A stretch of 24,522 bases of DNA from Alkalihalobacillus alcalophilus ATCC 27647 = CGMCC 1.3604 (GCF_000292245.2 NZ_ALPT02000060.1:1-24522); one strand, 5' to 3'. Numbered from the stretch's first letter, positions 1-9,697 are shown. Notes: generated by a model from the sequence alone, not told the origin. A program made the numbers and translations.

Positions 1-58
1 TTATCTGTTCTTCTGTTGGGTACAATCTAAACTTATACGCTTTGTTTTGTTTAGCCAT
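1..58 (-). CDS. tnpB: IS200/IS605-family TnpB (OrfB), N-terminus only; runs off the window edge
   Basis: Minus-strand ATG at 58..56 preceded by GAGGTGA (SD). It translates MAKQNKAYKFRLYPTEEQI, the typical YKFRLYPTxEQ start of IS605 OrfB/TnpB. It begins 11 nt after the tnpA stop. It is absent from the ORF track only because it is truncated. Confidence 0.6.
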   Translation of the reverse strand, partial: MAKQNKAYKFRLYPTEEQI

Positions 59-69
59 ATCAAATCACC

Positions 70-468
70 TCACTTTATCCCTTGGTTTTCAATATATTTT
101 TTCACTACTTCAATAGGTGAGCCACCAGTCGTCAACAAACAAAAGCTTCTTGACCAAAACATCTCTTTCCATAACCTTTTGCGTACAGGGGGAAAATCCT
201 TCTTGATGACCCTTGAACTTGCACTTTTATAGGCATTGATGAATTTCGATAATTCACTGTTAGGTTGTGCTTTGAATAAAATATGAACATGGTCCATATC
301 GTGGTTCCATTCGACCAATGTAATATTGTATTTTTCACTCAAAGAGACAAATTTATCTTTAGCGTAGTCAGATATAGTATCATCTATCACTTTCCTTCGA
401 TATTTCACGACTAACACAAGATGGTAGTACATTAAGAATACTGAATGATTATTACTATCTAATTTCAT
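70..468 (-). CDS. tnpA: IS200/IS605-family Y1 (HUH) transposase TnpA
   Basis: 132 aa, the typical size. It has an HUH-type motif (HDMDHVHIL) and the conserved C-terminal block FWSRSFCLLTTGG...YIENQ that carries the catalytic Tyr region. It lies directly upstream of tnpB. Confidence 0.85.
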   Translation of the reverse strand: MKLDSNNHSVFLMYYHLVLVVKYRRKVIDDTISDYAKDKFVSLSEKYNITLVEWNHDMDHVHILFKAQPNSELSKFINAYKSASSRVIKKDFPPVRKRLWKEMFWSRSFCLLTTGGSPIEVVKKYIENQGIK

Positions 469-701
469 TGTTATATCAACCCTTATACTTTATAAGACTG
501 ATCATAGCACATCGGGGGGAAAGTCAAAAGAAAAAAGCCTTTGTGCTAACGCCCAACCGAAATTCATCTCCCCCTTATCGTTGGGCTACACCCTTCACAC
601 GCTTGAAGAGGGAGACTTCTTTCGGAAGTAAGTTAAATACTTTTGTTCTAGTATATCACTATTCCTATAGGCGTCTTGCTGTCTTCTATAAATTGTTAAG
701 C

Positions 702-735
702 AAAAAAAAAGAAGCCTCACTGTAAATAGTGAGAC
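702..735 (-). terminator. rho-independent terminator of spoVG
   Basis: Minus strand: GTCTCACT-ATTTAC-AGTGAGGC hairpin followed by TTCTTTTTTTTT. Confidence 0.75.
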
Positions 736-742
736 ATGTTGT

Positions 743-1115
<373 letters not shown>

Positions 1116-1176
1116 GAAAAATTCTCCCTTTTTTATCAGTTTTTTATTTTTTGACCTAATCAATATGAACTAATAA

Positions 1177-1232
1177 TCCAAAAAGGCTGTGCTAAGGTCC
1201 ATTTAATGACCTCAGCACAGCCTCATTATGAT
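1177..1232 (-). terminator. rho-independent terminator after ridA(yabJ)
   Basis: Long hairpin GGCTGTGCTGAGGTC...GACCTTAGCACAGCC on the minus strand, followed by TTTTT. Confidence 0.8.
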
Positions 1233-1235
1233 AAT

Positions 1236-1613
1236 TTATGTTGTCACAAGAGCAATAACTTCAATCTCTACTAGCACATCTTTAGGAAGTCTTGCCACTT
1301 CCACACAAGAGCGTGCCGGTTTATGCTCTGAAAAATATTCTCCATATACTTCATTAATCAATGGAAACTCATCCATATTTTTAATAAACACAGTCGCCTT
1401 CACAACTTGTTCAAGTGAAGAACCCGCTTCTTTTAATACCGCTTTTAAATTTTGGAATACTTGATGAGTTTGCTCTTGTACATCACCATTTACCAAATCC
1501 CCATCTGCCTTTAATGGAATTTGACCTGAACTATAAAATAAATTATTGACGACCATTCCTTGTGAATATGGCCCAATCGCATCTGGTGCTTCTTTCGTAT
1601 AAACTTTCTTCAT
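1236..1613 (-). CDS. yabJ: RidA/YjgF-family reactive-intermediate deaminase (YabJ)
   Basis: 125 aa, with [11 protein letters not shown]...[19 protein letters not shown] typical of RidA. Its ATG overlaps the purR stop (ATGA), as in the purR-yabJ operon. Confidence 0.93.
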   Translation of the reverse strand: MKKVYTKEAPDAIGPYSQGMVVNNLFYSSGQIPLKADGDLVNGDVQEQTHQVFQNLKAVLKEAGSSLEQVVKATVFIKNMDEFPLINEVYGEYFSEHKPARSCVEVARLPKDVLVEIEVIALVTT

Positions 1614-2464
1614 GAGTGATTATCCTCCTTTGTTATAGAAGCAAGCTGGTCGAGCACATTGCCTGCCTCAACTTTAATCATTCTTTCTTGAACATTTATA
1701 TCAGAAATTCTAGTTAACGAAATATATTCGTCAACTAATTTTTCTTCTACCTCTACTGATTCAACGAGTACACCAATTCCAACTAATTCGGCTTCAAATT
1801 CAGCTAATAAATCGATCATCCCACGGATCGTACCACCAGCCTTCATAAAATCATCAACAATAAACACTCTAGCTCCAGGAGCAATACTTCTTCTCGCTAA
1901 AGTCATCGTTTGAATTCTGTTAGAAGAGCCAGAAACATAGTTAATGCTAACCATTGATCCCTCTGTCACCAGGTGGTCTCTACGAATGATACTTACAGGA
2001 ACATTTAAATAATCTGCCACCGCATAAGCAAGCGGAATTCCTTTCGTTGCGACCGTTAAAACGGCATCGATTTTTTTATTAGCAAGAGCCCCGGCAAATA
2101 AGCGACCAACCGCTTTATTAAAACGTGGACTTCCTAACACATCCATCATATACAAGTACCCACCAGGTAAGATCCGATCAGAAACAGCCAATTGATCAAT
2201 GATCGTGTTGACTAATTCAACTGCTTCCTCCTTGCCTACTTTAGGAATATACTTTACTCCCCCACTTGCCCCAGGGATCGTTAATAAAGAGCCATATCCT
2301 TCATCTTCAAATATATCTTTGACGATCACTAGATCTTCGCTGATCGAAGACTTCGCCGACTGATAACGTTCCGCAAAATGAGTAAGTGAAATTACCTCGT
2401 GTGGATGCTGTAGAAGAAAATAGGTCATGTCCACCAATCTTCCACTTCTTTTCAGTTTTTTCAT
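1610..2464 (-). CDS. purR: Purine operon repressor PurR
   Basis: 284 aa. It has the N-terminal [17 protein letters not shown] winged-helix region and a PRT-type fold ([17 protein letters not shown] motif). SD is GGAGG. Position is syntenic. Confidence 0.95.
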   Translation of the reverse strand: MKKLKRSGRLVDMTYFLLQHPHEVISLTHFAERYQSAKSSISEDLVIVKDIFEDEGYGSLLTIPGASGGVKYIPKVGKEEAVELVNTIIDQLAVSDRILPGGYLYMMDVLGSPRFNKAVGRLFAGALANKKIDAVLTVATKGIPLAYAVADYLNVPVSIIRRDHLVTEGSMVSINYVSGSSNRIQTMTLARRSIAPGARVFIVDDFMKAGGTIRGMIDLLAEFEAELVGIGVLVESVEVEEKLVDEYISLTRISDINVQERMIKVEAGNVLDQLASITKEDNHS

Positions 2465-2476
2465 AATACCTCCACG

Positions 2477-2520
2477 AAATCCGAATATTTATAATAAACA
2501 TACCATCAATGTACGGATTT
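2477..2520. promoter_or_regulatory. Inverted pair of PurBoxes (PurR operator) in the purR control region
   Basis: AAATCCGAATATT (2477..2489, + strand) and AAATCCGTACATT (2520..2508, - strand). Each has one mismatch to AWWWCCGAACWWT. They are in inverted orientation, 18 bp apart, between the ispE stop and the purR start. Confidence 0.6.
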
Positions 2521-2531
2521 TATCAAGTCTT

Positions 2532-3392
2532 TTAGCCAAGTAGACGAACCGCATACACATCACTACAAAATCCTTTTAAGCCATTGTAGACCCGATTTAA
2601 ACGAGACTCTTTTTGGACAAGCCCAAAAACAGTTGGTCCACTTCCACTCATTAAGACACCATCAGCCCCAAATTTAAGCATTTGCTCTTTGATCTTTTTC
2701 ACCTCAGGGTATAAATCAAGGGTCACACTTTCTAATGTATTATGGAGCCCTGCACAGATGCTTTGAAAGTCTTGATTTTCTATCGCTCGTATCATTTCTG
2801 ATGTATTAGGATGTAAGATCTCATCCACATTTAAACGGTTGTATATGTCGGCTGTAGATACACCGATAGGCGGTTTAGCTAAGATTACCCAACACGGTGG
2901 CGGAGAAGCAATTTTTTCAATTTTCTCTCCTCTTCCTGTCGCTAAAGCCGTCCCCCCATAAATACAGAAAGGAATATCAGAACCAATTTTTGCTCCTAGC
3001 TCTGCAAGTTCATCTAAACTAAGACCTAGAGACCATAGTTGGTTAAGACCTTTTAGAGTAGCCGCCGCATCACTACTCCCACCTGCTAATCCAGCAGATA
3101 CAGGAATCCTTTTCGTAATATAGATCGAAACACCACGAGTAATGTTACAGTGCTTTCTTAATATATCAGCTGCTTGATAGGCCAAGTTACGATGATCATT
3201 CGGAACAAAACCTTCAGATACATCAATAACAATCTTTCCATCCTCTCGATCAGCTAAATCAAGGCGATCAGCTAAATCAACCGTTGTCATAATCATCTCT
3301 ACTTCATGATAACCATCTGAACGTTTTTTCAATGTATCAAGCGTCAAATTAATTTTCGCTGGGGCTTTAATCGAATACTTCAATATCGTCAC
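2532..3392 (-). CDS. ispE: 4-diphosphocytidyl-2-C-methyl-D-erythritol kinase IspE
   Basis: [10 protein letters not shown]...GYHEVEMIM...[15 protein letters not shown] (GHMP kinase motif). The track start is GTG 3392. TTG 3383, behind GAAGGTG, is the more likely start. Confidence 0.93.
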   Translation of the reverse strand: MTILKYSIKAPAKINLTLDTLKKRSDGYHEVEMIMTTVDLADRLDLADREDGKIVIDVSEGFVPNDHRNLAYQAADILRKHCNITRGVSIYITKRIPVSAGLAGGSSDAAATLKGLNQLWSLGLSLDELAELGAKIGSDIPFCIYGGTALATGRGEKIEKIASPPPCWVILAKPPIGVSTADIYNRLNVDEILHPNTSEMIRAIENQDFQSICAGLHNTLESVTLDLYPEVKKIKEQMLKFGADGVLMSGSGPTVFGLVQKESRLNRVYNGLKGFCSDVYAVRLLG

Positions 3393-3516
3393 CTTCTATA
3401 GTTTCCATTTGCTTACGTTATTTTATCACTTGTTTCATCAACATACCACCTTCAATGCAAACAAGCCATAAAGAACTTCCCCACCCAAAACTCATGTGCT
3501 CATTAGACAAAAAATT

Positions 3517-3562
3517 CTCCCTCTTAATGAAATGTTTGCTAAAGGGAGATTCATTCTAGTCT
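3517..3562 (-). terminator. rho-independent terminator downstream of the micro-ORF
   Basis: Minus strand: AATCTCCCTTTA...TTAAGAGGGAGAATT imperfect stem followed by TTTTTG. Confidence 0.55.
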
Positions 3563-3591
3563 TTTTAATTTATAGATACATAGATTTAAGC

Positions 3592-3666
3592 TCACTCTTC
3601 CACCGTTTCTTCTTTTGCCTTCTCTAACATCTCATTAATCGATTCAATATATTCTTGTAAACTCAT
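3592..3666 (-). CDS. Candidate 24-aa acidic micro-protein (MSLQEYIESINEMLEKAKEETVEE)
   Basis: Strong SD AAGGAGTG lies 6 nt upstream of ATG 3666, and the terminator at 3517..3562 lies downstream. It is below the ORF-track length cutoff. I recognise no family. Confidence 0.35.
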   Translation of the reverse strand: MSLQEYIESINEMLEKAKEETVEE

Positions 3667-3760
3667 TATTAACACTCCTTATGGTTGATTGGTAGTATTA
3701 TTATTCCACCTACAAGAAAGTTTAAACCTTCCACCACTAAATAATAGAATTATCTGATAA

Positions 3761-4075
3761 TTATAAACTTAACTTTCTCAGCGTATGATTGACCCTTAAC
3801 CGTTGATAGAGATTGACTTTACATGAACGGTTCAATCGTTGACAATCTGAACACATCTCTTCGTAGGCTGTTGAAGGAAACTGTGCACTAAAATTAAGAG
3901 CTTCGGCCGTCGCTACCAAAACCATACTCCGCGTCCTGCGGGAACCTGGCGAGCCTCCTCGGCAAGCCTTGCGGGGTCTCGCTCCACGGTTTATTCCCGC
4001 GGGAGTCTCCGTATGGTTTTGTCCGCTAAGTGTCGTGGAGAGGCTTGATGATATGGCCATTCTCAATCAGCTATT
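3761..4075 (-). repeat. Left arm of the foldback: diverged copy of a ~300-bp element with a GC-rich hairpin core (3917..4021)
   Basis: The reverse complement aligns along its length with 4280..4587. The termini match: TTATAAACTTAACTTTC versus the reverse complement of GAAAGTTGAGTTATAAA. The core is AGCGGACAAAACCATACGGAGACTCCCGCGGGAATAAACCG... Confidence 0.75.
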
Positions 4076-4279
4076 TCTAACGCAGAAGGACCTTCTTCTT
4101 CACTTTGTTGGTTATGGAACTAAATAGGGAGTTGCCACCCATCTTTTTCCTAAGTCTGCAGTCATGAAAAGACATGATTCAAATCGAAACCAGCTCGACC
4201 ATCTAGCTAACCTACAGAGCATCAACACGGATTTGTTTACAACTGCAACGGAATGAGTCATGGAAGGAGAAAACCGAAC

Positions 4280-4587
4280 CTAGATTCGATTCTATTATCA
4301 AGCGGACAAACAGACACGGAGACTCCCACAGGAATAAACCGTCCAATGAGACCCCGCAAGCGTGCTGAGGAGGCTCATGAGGTTCTCGGCAAGGACGCGG
4401 AGTGTCTGTTTGGGAGCGACAGCCGAAGAAGAGCATTGTCTATTTTTTCTTACTGCACAGTTTATCCGTTTTGTGTGATAGTACGTTCTCGCTTTTCAAA
4501 CGTGTTAAGGGCATTTATTTAAGAGCTTCTCTTTCGCTCTGCCAACTAGTTGAACGGTTTTTCTCGATGCGAAAGTTGAGTTATAAA
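4280..4587 (+). repeat. Right arm of the foldback: second copy of the same element (hairpin core 4307..4412)
   Basis: AGCGGACAAACAGACACGGAGACTCCCACAGGAATAAACCG...GTGTCTGTTTGGGAGCGACAGCCGAAG aligns with the reverse complement of 3899..4030. By hand alignment it is roughly three-quarters to four-fifths identical. Confidence 0.75.
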
Positions 4588-4619
4588 CCTAGCGCCGATG
4601 ATATTTCTGTTTTTATTCA

Positions 4620-4653
4620 AAAAGAAAACCTATCCCAAAAGGAAAACCTTTTG
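4620..4653 (-). terminator. Possible terminator after sspF
   Basis: Minus strand: CAAAAGG-TTTT-CCTTTTG hairpin. The T-run (TTTTCTTTTT) starts only 7 nt further on, so this is a weak call. Confidence 0.4.
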
Positions 4654-4679
4654 AGATAGATTCTTGTCGTTGACCTATA

Positions 4680-4865
4680 TTATTTTGACTGTCGTTGGTT
4701 CGCTAACTGCGCTTCAGCAATTTCTATGGCACGTTTGACCATATTCCCTGCATCTCTTGCTCGTATACCGCCCCAACCTTCCTTTTGTACGGTATCATAG
4801 AAACCAAGCTCTTTCGCCAATTCCTCTTTAAATGGTTCAGACATGACTCCTCTTCTTCTACTCAA
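4680..4865 (-). CDS. sspF: Small acid-soluble spore protein, alpha/beta-type-related (SspF)
   Basis: [54 protein letters not shown] closely parallels B. subtilis SspF (61 aa). The start is set at the in-frame TTG 4865, 9 nt after AAGGGG. A sigma-G-like -10 CATACTA lies at 4912..4906. Confidence 0.88.
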   Translation of the reverse strand: MSRRRGVMSEPFKEELAKELGFYDTVQKEGWGGIRARDAGNMVKRAIEIAEAQLANQRQSK

Positions 4866-4921
4866 GGAAAACAACCCCTTTTTAAATAAGGTACAACGAC
4901 ACCATTAGTATGTCTTTAACT

Positions 4922-4962
4922 AAAAAAAATAAACTTCCTGTTCTTACTAAATACAGGAAGTT
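4922..4962 (-). terminator. rho-independent terminator of veg
   Basis: Minus strand: AACTTCCTGT-N11-ACAGGAAGTT perfect 10-bp stem followed by TATTTTTTTT. Confidence 0.85.
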
Positions 4963-4973
4963 GTGTGATGCAC

Positions 4974-5237
4974 TTATGCTCTTATAGTCCCATTTTCGCC
5001 TTCTTCACAAAACATTAATTCTACAGATTCTGTTAAAACGTCTGCATAACTATAAGAAACGCGTTCAAACGCATTTTGCTGTTCATCTAGTTTGACGATG
5101 AACACTGAAGGATATGTTTCCTCAAGAAGACCAGACCGTTCCATCGTTTTACGGCGACCACCGTTCGCCTTAATTGTAATTCGTTTTCCAACATTTGCAT
5201 CTAAAGCTCGCTTGATGTCTACTAACGTTTTTCCCAT
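4974..5237 (-). CDS. veg: Veg (biofilm-stimulating small protein)
   Basis: [51 protein letters not shown]...[16 protein letters not shown] is highly similar to B. subtilis Veg. The start is ATG 5237, behind GAGGTGGGG. Confidence 0.95.
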   Translation of the reverse strand: MGKTLVDIKRALDANVGKRITIKANGGRRKTMERSGLLEETYPSVFIVKLDEQQNAFERVSYSYADVLTESVELMFCEEGENGTIRA

Positions 5238-5264
5238 TTGTACACCCCACCTCACTCAAATACT

Positions 5265-5334
5265 ATTTTACACCATCCTACAAAAAAAGTCAAATAAATT
5301 TTAAATTATATCAATTGGACAAGAATCTTGTCAA
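5265..5334 (-). promoter_or_regulatory. Tandem strong sigma-A promoters of veg
   Basis: Minus strand. Promoter 1: TTGACA (5334..5329), 18 nt, TATAAT (5310..5305) with TGn extension (TGATATAAT). Promoter 2: TTGACT (5293..5288), 17 nt, TAAAAT (5270..5265) preceded by TG. An A/T-rich UP-like region lies upstream. Confidence 0.7.
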
Positions 5335-5573
5335 TAACTTTCGTCCGAAAGACCCCTAAAAATTTATTTTGCTTCTATTATTTCTATATTTTGGTCTAAA
5401 TCATGAAAAATATGTATGAATACGCATCCATTTATTAGAAAACGCTTCATTTGCGTAAATAATGTCACTTCACCTTATTTTATCTTCGTATTTCTCTTTT
5501 TTTATGTAATTACCCTAATAATGGAAGTGAATATAAGAGGTGGCGTTCGTCAACTTTTTGACTTTCTTCCTAA

Positions 5574-5620
5574 CAAAAAAACTGTCACATCGGTCCGAAA
5601 AATCGACCCTCTGGGACAGT
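5574..5620 (-). terminator. Terminator after yabG (hairpin flanked by A- and T-runs, potentially bidirectional)
   Basis: ACTGTC(A)C...(G)GGACAGT stem at 5581..5620. It has an AAAAAAA run on one side and TTTTT on the other. Confidence 0.65.
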
Positions 5621-5625
5621 TTTTA

Positions 5626-6495
5626 TTATTTATCTTTTTCGCTTTTAATATATGGAAGACCAATACGCATGACTCCACGAGTTTCAATTCCACCGAGTCC
5701 TTTATCTCCTGTAATTGTGTTGCGAATGACATCCCACAACCCTACATGTTCCATAAATGACGTCAAACTCACTTTAGCGACGATATAAACAGGGTCTAAG
5801 GCGTGAATATTAATTCTTTCTGGAGAGCTTGCAAAATTTGCTCCTGCCTTTATCAGTGTTTCAAAATGAGACTGACAAGCTCCAGCAAAAATAACAAGCT
5901 GGTCCCGATGCGGACAGAACCGCCGAGCAATCCTCACACATTCTGCAAAATACTTTGTATGGCGATAGGCTCGAACTTCTTCTTCCTCTCCTTTTGATTT
6001 AACATAAGCATCATGCCCCGTAATAACAAGGATATCTGGTTGCACCATTTCAAGCAAAGACTCCAATTGCTCAGGCATTTCTTTTTCTTGAATATGGACT
6101 CCATAAACCGGTATGCCTAGCTTCTGATATAACTCCGTGCATTTTCTTAAATAAAAACTATCGCCATCAATATGCAAAACACGACCTCTTAGCTCAAAAT
6201 AAGATGGTTCAGTAGTATAATGATCCGTTCCCTCATATTCACTCCGTTGCTTCATCAACTTAGCATCTTGCCGAAACAAACGATATGATTTTTCCTCTAC
6301 TTCTTTCACTTGCTCTCTTTTTTTTATACGTTCCTCGGCAGAGACAAGCTTTAAATCCCCCAGAGGAGCATCCGCTAGCAAGCGCATATCTTCTCCGGCC
6401 AACTCAGCCTGACTATCTACAATTTTTATAACACGAAAAAACACATCACATTTATAGGAATGACGAGCCACAATATCGCCTACTTTAATTTTCAT
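5626..6495 (-). CDS. yabG: Sporulation-specific protease YabG
   Basis: MKIKVGDIVARHSYKCDVFFRV...ITGHDAY...FAGACQSHFE resembles YabG peptidase. The start is ATG 6495, behind GGGAGAGGGAGG. The upstream ATG 6516 has no SD. Confidence 0.9.
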   Translation of the reverse strand: MKIKVGDIVARHSYKCDVFFRVIKIVDSQAELAGEDMRLLADAPLGDLKLVSAEERIKKREQVKEVEEKSYRLFRQDAKLMKQRSEYEGTDHYTTEPSYFELRGRVLHIDGDSFYLRKCTELYQKLGIPVYGVHIQEKEMPEQLESLLEMVQPDILVITGHDAYVKSKGEEEEVRAYRHTKYFAECVRIARRFCPHRDQLVIFAGACQSHFETLIKAGANFASSPERINIHALDPVYIVAKVSLTSFMEHVGLWDVIRNTITGDKGLGGIETRGVMRIGLPYIKSEKDK

Positions 6496-6515
6496 CGATA
6501 CGCCTCCCTCTCCCA

Positions 6516-6543
6516 TAGGCTATGACAGAAACAAGAAAACTGT
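6516..6543 (-). promoter_or_regulatory. sigma-K-type promoter of yabG
   Basis: Minus strand: AC, 17 nt, then CATAGCCTA (matches AC-N16/17-CATAnnnTA). It lies about 20 nt upstream of the yabG ATG. yabG is sigma-K-dependent in B. subtilis. Confidence 0.45.
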
Positions 6544-6550
6544 GAATTGA

Positions 6551-6680
6551 AAAGAAGAGTGGAAGGAAGCGGTCAGGAACGAGGAAAAATTAGAACAGCC
6601 TTGGAAGTCGCTCTTTGACTTCCCAAGGATGGACGATTTTTCCTGAGTTCCTGCTGACTGCAGCTCGACAAAGAAAAGCG
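6551..6680 (+). repeat. 130-nt structured intergenic repeat, copy 1 (nested hairpin 6572..6658)
   Basis: It aligns without gaps to 24111..24240, with 116 of 130 positions identical by hand count. Outer stem: GTCAGGAACGAGGAAAAAT / ATTTTTCCTGAGTTCCTGCTGAC. Inner stem: CCTTGGAAGTC / GACTTCCCAAGG. Confidence 0.8.
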
Positions 6681-6712
6681 GTTTCCTACGAGTCCATTCG
6701 TAGAAACCGCTT
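6668..6712 (-). terminator. rho-independent terminator of rsmA(ksgA)
   Basis: Minus strand: AAGCGGTTTCTACG-loop-CGTAGGAAACCGCTT followed by TTCTTTG. Confidence 0.75.
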
Positions 6713-6737
6713 CATGATTAAAAATCCCTAACTGCAC

Positions 6738-8167
<1,430 letters not shown>

Positions 8168-8395
8168 CTCTTTGCTCCTTATATTTTAAACCGAATTGAC
8201 CTTCTCTAACAGAAAGCCAGCAGATTGTACTTGATTAATCAATAAAATAGTTTCTTTAGTTTATCACTTTTTATGAAAAGTTCCTACTAGCGGCATCAAT
8301 ACAATATTACTTCACTAGACTTTCTCTGTTTGGCGGCGTTTCTCTCCTCTTTTTACACATCAACCCCGGCCAAAGTAATAACCGCCAAAAGAACA

Positions 8396-8430
8396 AAAAG
8401 AAAAGCACAGAGCCGCTGCCCTGCACTTTA
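8396..8430 (-). terminator. Probable terminator after yabE
   Basis: Minus strand: AAAGTGCAGGGC-AGCG-GCTCTGTGCTTT stem (contains G-U pairs) followed by TCTTTTT. Confidence 0.5.
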
Positions 8431-8440
8431 CAATTTAAGC

Positions 8441-9697
8441 TTAATCTAGAATGGTTATCTTCACTTGTTTGCGGCCCCAACGTTGGGCTTCTGCCTTTGT
8501 TGGAACGTGAACATCAATTTTATTTCCGCTAATAGAGCCACCTGTATCACCAGCAATCGCCACACCATAGCCTTCCACTTCAACACGGCTGCCTAATGGG
8601 ATAATACTCGGATCAACGGCAATGACTTTCATATTAGGATTATTTTTTAAATTAATGCCTGTGGCTGTGACACCACTACAACCGTTACAGCCAGCTGTAT
8701 ACGCCGTAGCCGTTACCGTAAATGTCTTATTATCAGATGCTGAACTACTTGATTGGTTGGACTCACTCTTATTACTACTTGATTGGTTAGAAGATGATGG
8801 CGTGGAACTTCTTGCAACTTGGACAGGTTCTGGTTTCGTTCCAACCGCAATCACACGATCAGCACTTTCCTTCACTATCTCTTCTTTTACAAGCTCTCGG
8901 GAAACTTCTTCACCGTCTTCAAACACGACTTCATAGTGTTTTTCAACTTTTCCCTCTTCGCCTTCATCCACGACTTTCTCTTTTCCACTTTCAAGCGTAT
9001 TGTCTTTTTTAGTCACTGTACCAAAAGAGACCGTTTCTTCCACTACATCGGTGACTTTTTCTACCCGCACAACTTTAACTTGTGCTTCTTGCTCTAGCTT
9101 TTCCTCGAGTGCTGGTTCCACACGATCAAGTTTACCTAAAGACACATCTTCTTTTTCTAAAAAGTCAGCGACAGTCGTCGAAGTTGTCCAAAACTCTTGC
9201 TCTTCCCCATCACTCGTTAACACAACTTGAAAGGCCGAATCAAATTGAATCTCCAAATTTTCAGTTATGATTGTTGCAAGAGCTGGTTCTATCACGTCAT
9301 GTTCCTTATATGCTATATCTAAATCTTCAAGAAGTTGTTCGATTGTATCTCTGGTCGTCCACACTGTCTCTTCTTGCCCGTCAATCGTTACAAACACTTC
9401 CTTCGCCTTCTTCCAAACGACTTCCATGTTCCCAGTAATTTCGGTATCAAGTGCTGGTTCTATAAGATCATGCTCTTGGACATTCCAGTTTTGCTCCATC
9501 ATGAAATCAGCAAGTGTGCTAGCGTGTGTATCATATCTCTCTACTTCGCCATCAATGCTAATTTCAACCGTGGCCTTTGTCACCTCGTATACAGCGTAAA
9601 TAATTACGCCAACGAAGAGAATGAGACTAATGACGGAGATGAATAATCCCTTTCCAGTAAGCTTACCTGGTAGAAGATTACGTATGTTTGCTACCAT
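8441..9697 (-). CDS. yabE: YabE-like cell-wall protein (TM anchor, three DUF348-like repeats, G5-like region, C-terminal 3D/RlpA-like domain)
   Basis: There is an N-terminal hydrophobic helix. It has three internal repeats (..HD.IEPAL.T.IT.N.E..) and a Ser/Asn/Gln linker. The C-terminus reads TATAYTAGCNGCSGVTATG...VIAVDPSIIPLGSRVEVEGYG...DTGGSI, typical of 3D-domain proteins. Confidence 0.88.
   Translation of the reverse strand: MVANIRNLLPGKLTGKGLFISVISLILFVGVIIYAVYEVTKATVEISIDGEVERYDTHASTLADFMMEQNWNVQEHDLIEPALDTEITGNMEVVWKKAKEVFVTIDGQEETVWTTRDTIEQLLEDLDIAYKEHDVIEPALATIITENLEIQFDSAFQVVLTSDGEEQEFWTTSTTVADFLEKEDVSLGKLDRVEPALEEKLEQEAQVKVVRVEKVTDVVEETVSFGTVTKKDNTLESGKEKVVDEGEEGKVEKHYEVVFEDGEEVSRELVKEEIVKESADRVIAVGTKPEPVQVARSSTPSSSNQSSSNKSESNQSSSSASDNKTFTVTATAYTAGCNGCSGVTATGINLKNNPNMKVIAVDPSIIPLGSRVEVEGYGVAIAGDTGGSISGNKIDVHVPTKAEAQRWGRKQVKITILD

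Larger units (their letters stand above)
1..640 (-). mobile_element. IS200/IS605-type insertion sequence (LE-tnpA-tnpB...), partial; the LE boundary is approximate
   Basis: tnpA and tnpB run in tandem. A candidate subterminal LE hairpin ACTTC-N5-GAAGT at 615..629 lies next to a minus-strand TTAC (631..628). The element follows the intact spoVG terminator, where B. subtilis has glmU next. The right end lies outside the window. Confidence 0.6.

Noticed and set aside
3761-4659. Track ORFs 3761..4066 (-), 4212..4436 (-), 4253..4522 (+) and 4402..4659 (+) as protein genes
   Set aside because: They read through the GC-rich hairpin cores of the two inverted repeat copies, giving Arg/Pro/Gly-rich nonsense such as ETPAGINRGARPRKA and ETPTGINRPMRPRKRAEEAH. 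They have no SD, and their mutual similarity is explained by the DNA repeat.
5416-5997. Track ORFs 5416..5760 (+), 5540..5788 (+), 5550..5732 (-) and 5803..5997 (+) in and around the veg-yabG spacer
   Set aside because: They overlap the yabG terminator and the yabG coding region in antisense or alternative frames, have hydrophobic junk composition, and have no credible SD plus start combination.
8722-8809. Ser/Asn/Gln-rich stretch (SSTPSSSNQSSSNKSESNQSSSSASDNK) and the underlying short DNA duplication in yabE
   Set aside because: This is an ordinary low-complexity interdomain linker between the G5-like region and the 3D domain of a secreted cell-wall protein. It is in frame, with no sign of decay or mobile DNA.
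8622-9646. Cluster of plus-strand ORFs antisense to yabE
   Set aside because: They have no ribosome-binding sites and a low-complexity Ser/Phe/Leu-rich composition. All lie opposite the well-supported yabE frame, whose Glu/Val/Lys-rich codons leave the antisense strand stop-poor.
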